This document shows, piece by piece, positions 63,883-64,000 of a stretch of 64,000 bases of DNA. Origin of the DNA: an uncultured virus (IMG/VR IMGVR_UViG_3300042879_004886) (taxonomy: Duplodnaviria > Heunggongvirae > Uroviricota > Caudoviricetes); the IMG/VR virus record IMGVR_UViG_3300042879_004886. The stretch is one strand, 5' to 3'. A model generated the notes under the pieces. It was not told where the DNA came from. It saw only the letters and a program-made list of their open reading frames with translations, and made no database searches. The first letter of the stretch is position 1. Each line of letters starts with the position of its first letter. The translations under genes were made by a program, and so were the position numbers.

Positions 63883-64000
63883 TTACAATATTGGGGCTGG
63901 ATTTTGTGATGCAGATACTTCAGATTTAGACCAAATATAATTTGCCGCAGGAACAAAAGTTCCTGTCTCAAACTCAGTAAATACCAAGCTCATTAGAGTA
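63883..64000 (-). CDS. 3' end of a gene, possibly gp48-like tail-tube cap (...TLMSLVFTEFETGTFVP...)
   Basis: Open frame from the window edge to TAA 63883; L.F.E.E motif and synteny upstream of gp53. Confidence 0.45.
   Translation of the reverse strand, partial: TLMSLVFTEFETGTFVPAANYIWSKSEVSASQNPAPIL

Noticed and set aside
51209..64000. Stand-alone eCIS/tailocin locus
   Set aside because: Portal, terminase, capsid and replication genes are adjacent, so this is a phage tail module

Overview
A 64 kb segment of a large T4-like tailed dsDNA phage, read in the standard genetic code and mostly on the minus strand. From left to right it holds: a + strand membrane/lysis-like cassette ending in a PEP-CTERM-like protein; dUTPase; a ~18 kb tail-fibre/adhesin block (three paralogous glycine-rich proteins, a 1069-aa fibre, two collagen-like proteins, one a 2093-aa Gly-X-Thr collagen); a GT2-TPR glycosyltransferase; the replication/late-transcription core (regA, gp62, gp44, gp45, gp46, gp47, gp55); a 14-gene, ~12.8 kb nucleotide-sugar/glycosyltransferase island with an apparent GDP-colitose/fucose pathway; uvsY-uvsW; and the head/neck/tail/baseplate module (gp3, 23, 22, 21, 20, two gp19, 18, 17, 16, 15, 14, 13, reduced gp7/gp6, gp25, a split gp27-like hub, gp53, partial gp48). 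The main hypothesis is a phage-encoded virion O-glycosylation system acting on G-x-T motifs, which are abundant in the collagen fibre and other structural proteins. A PEP-CTERM-like tail and a dockerin-like motif hint at a Planctomycetota-like host. Early-type promoters have a fixed 16-bp spacer, and many transcripts appear leaderless. All calls come from motif recognition and synteny; no searches were run.
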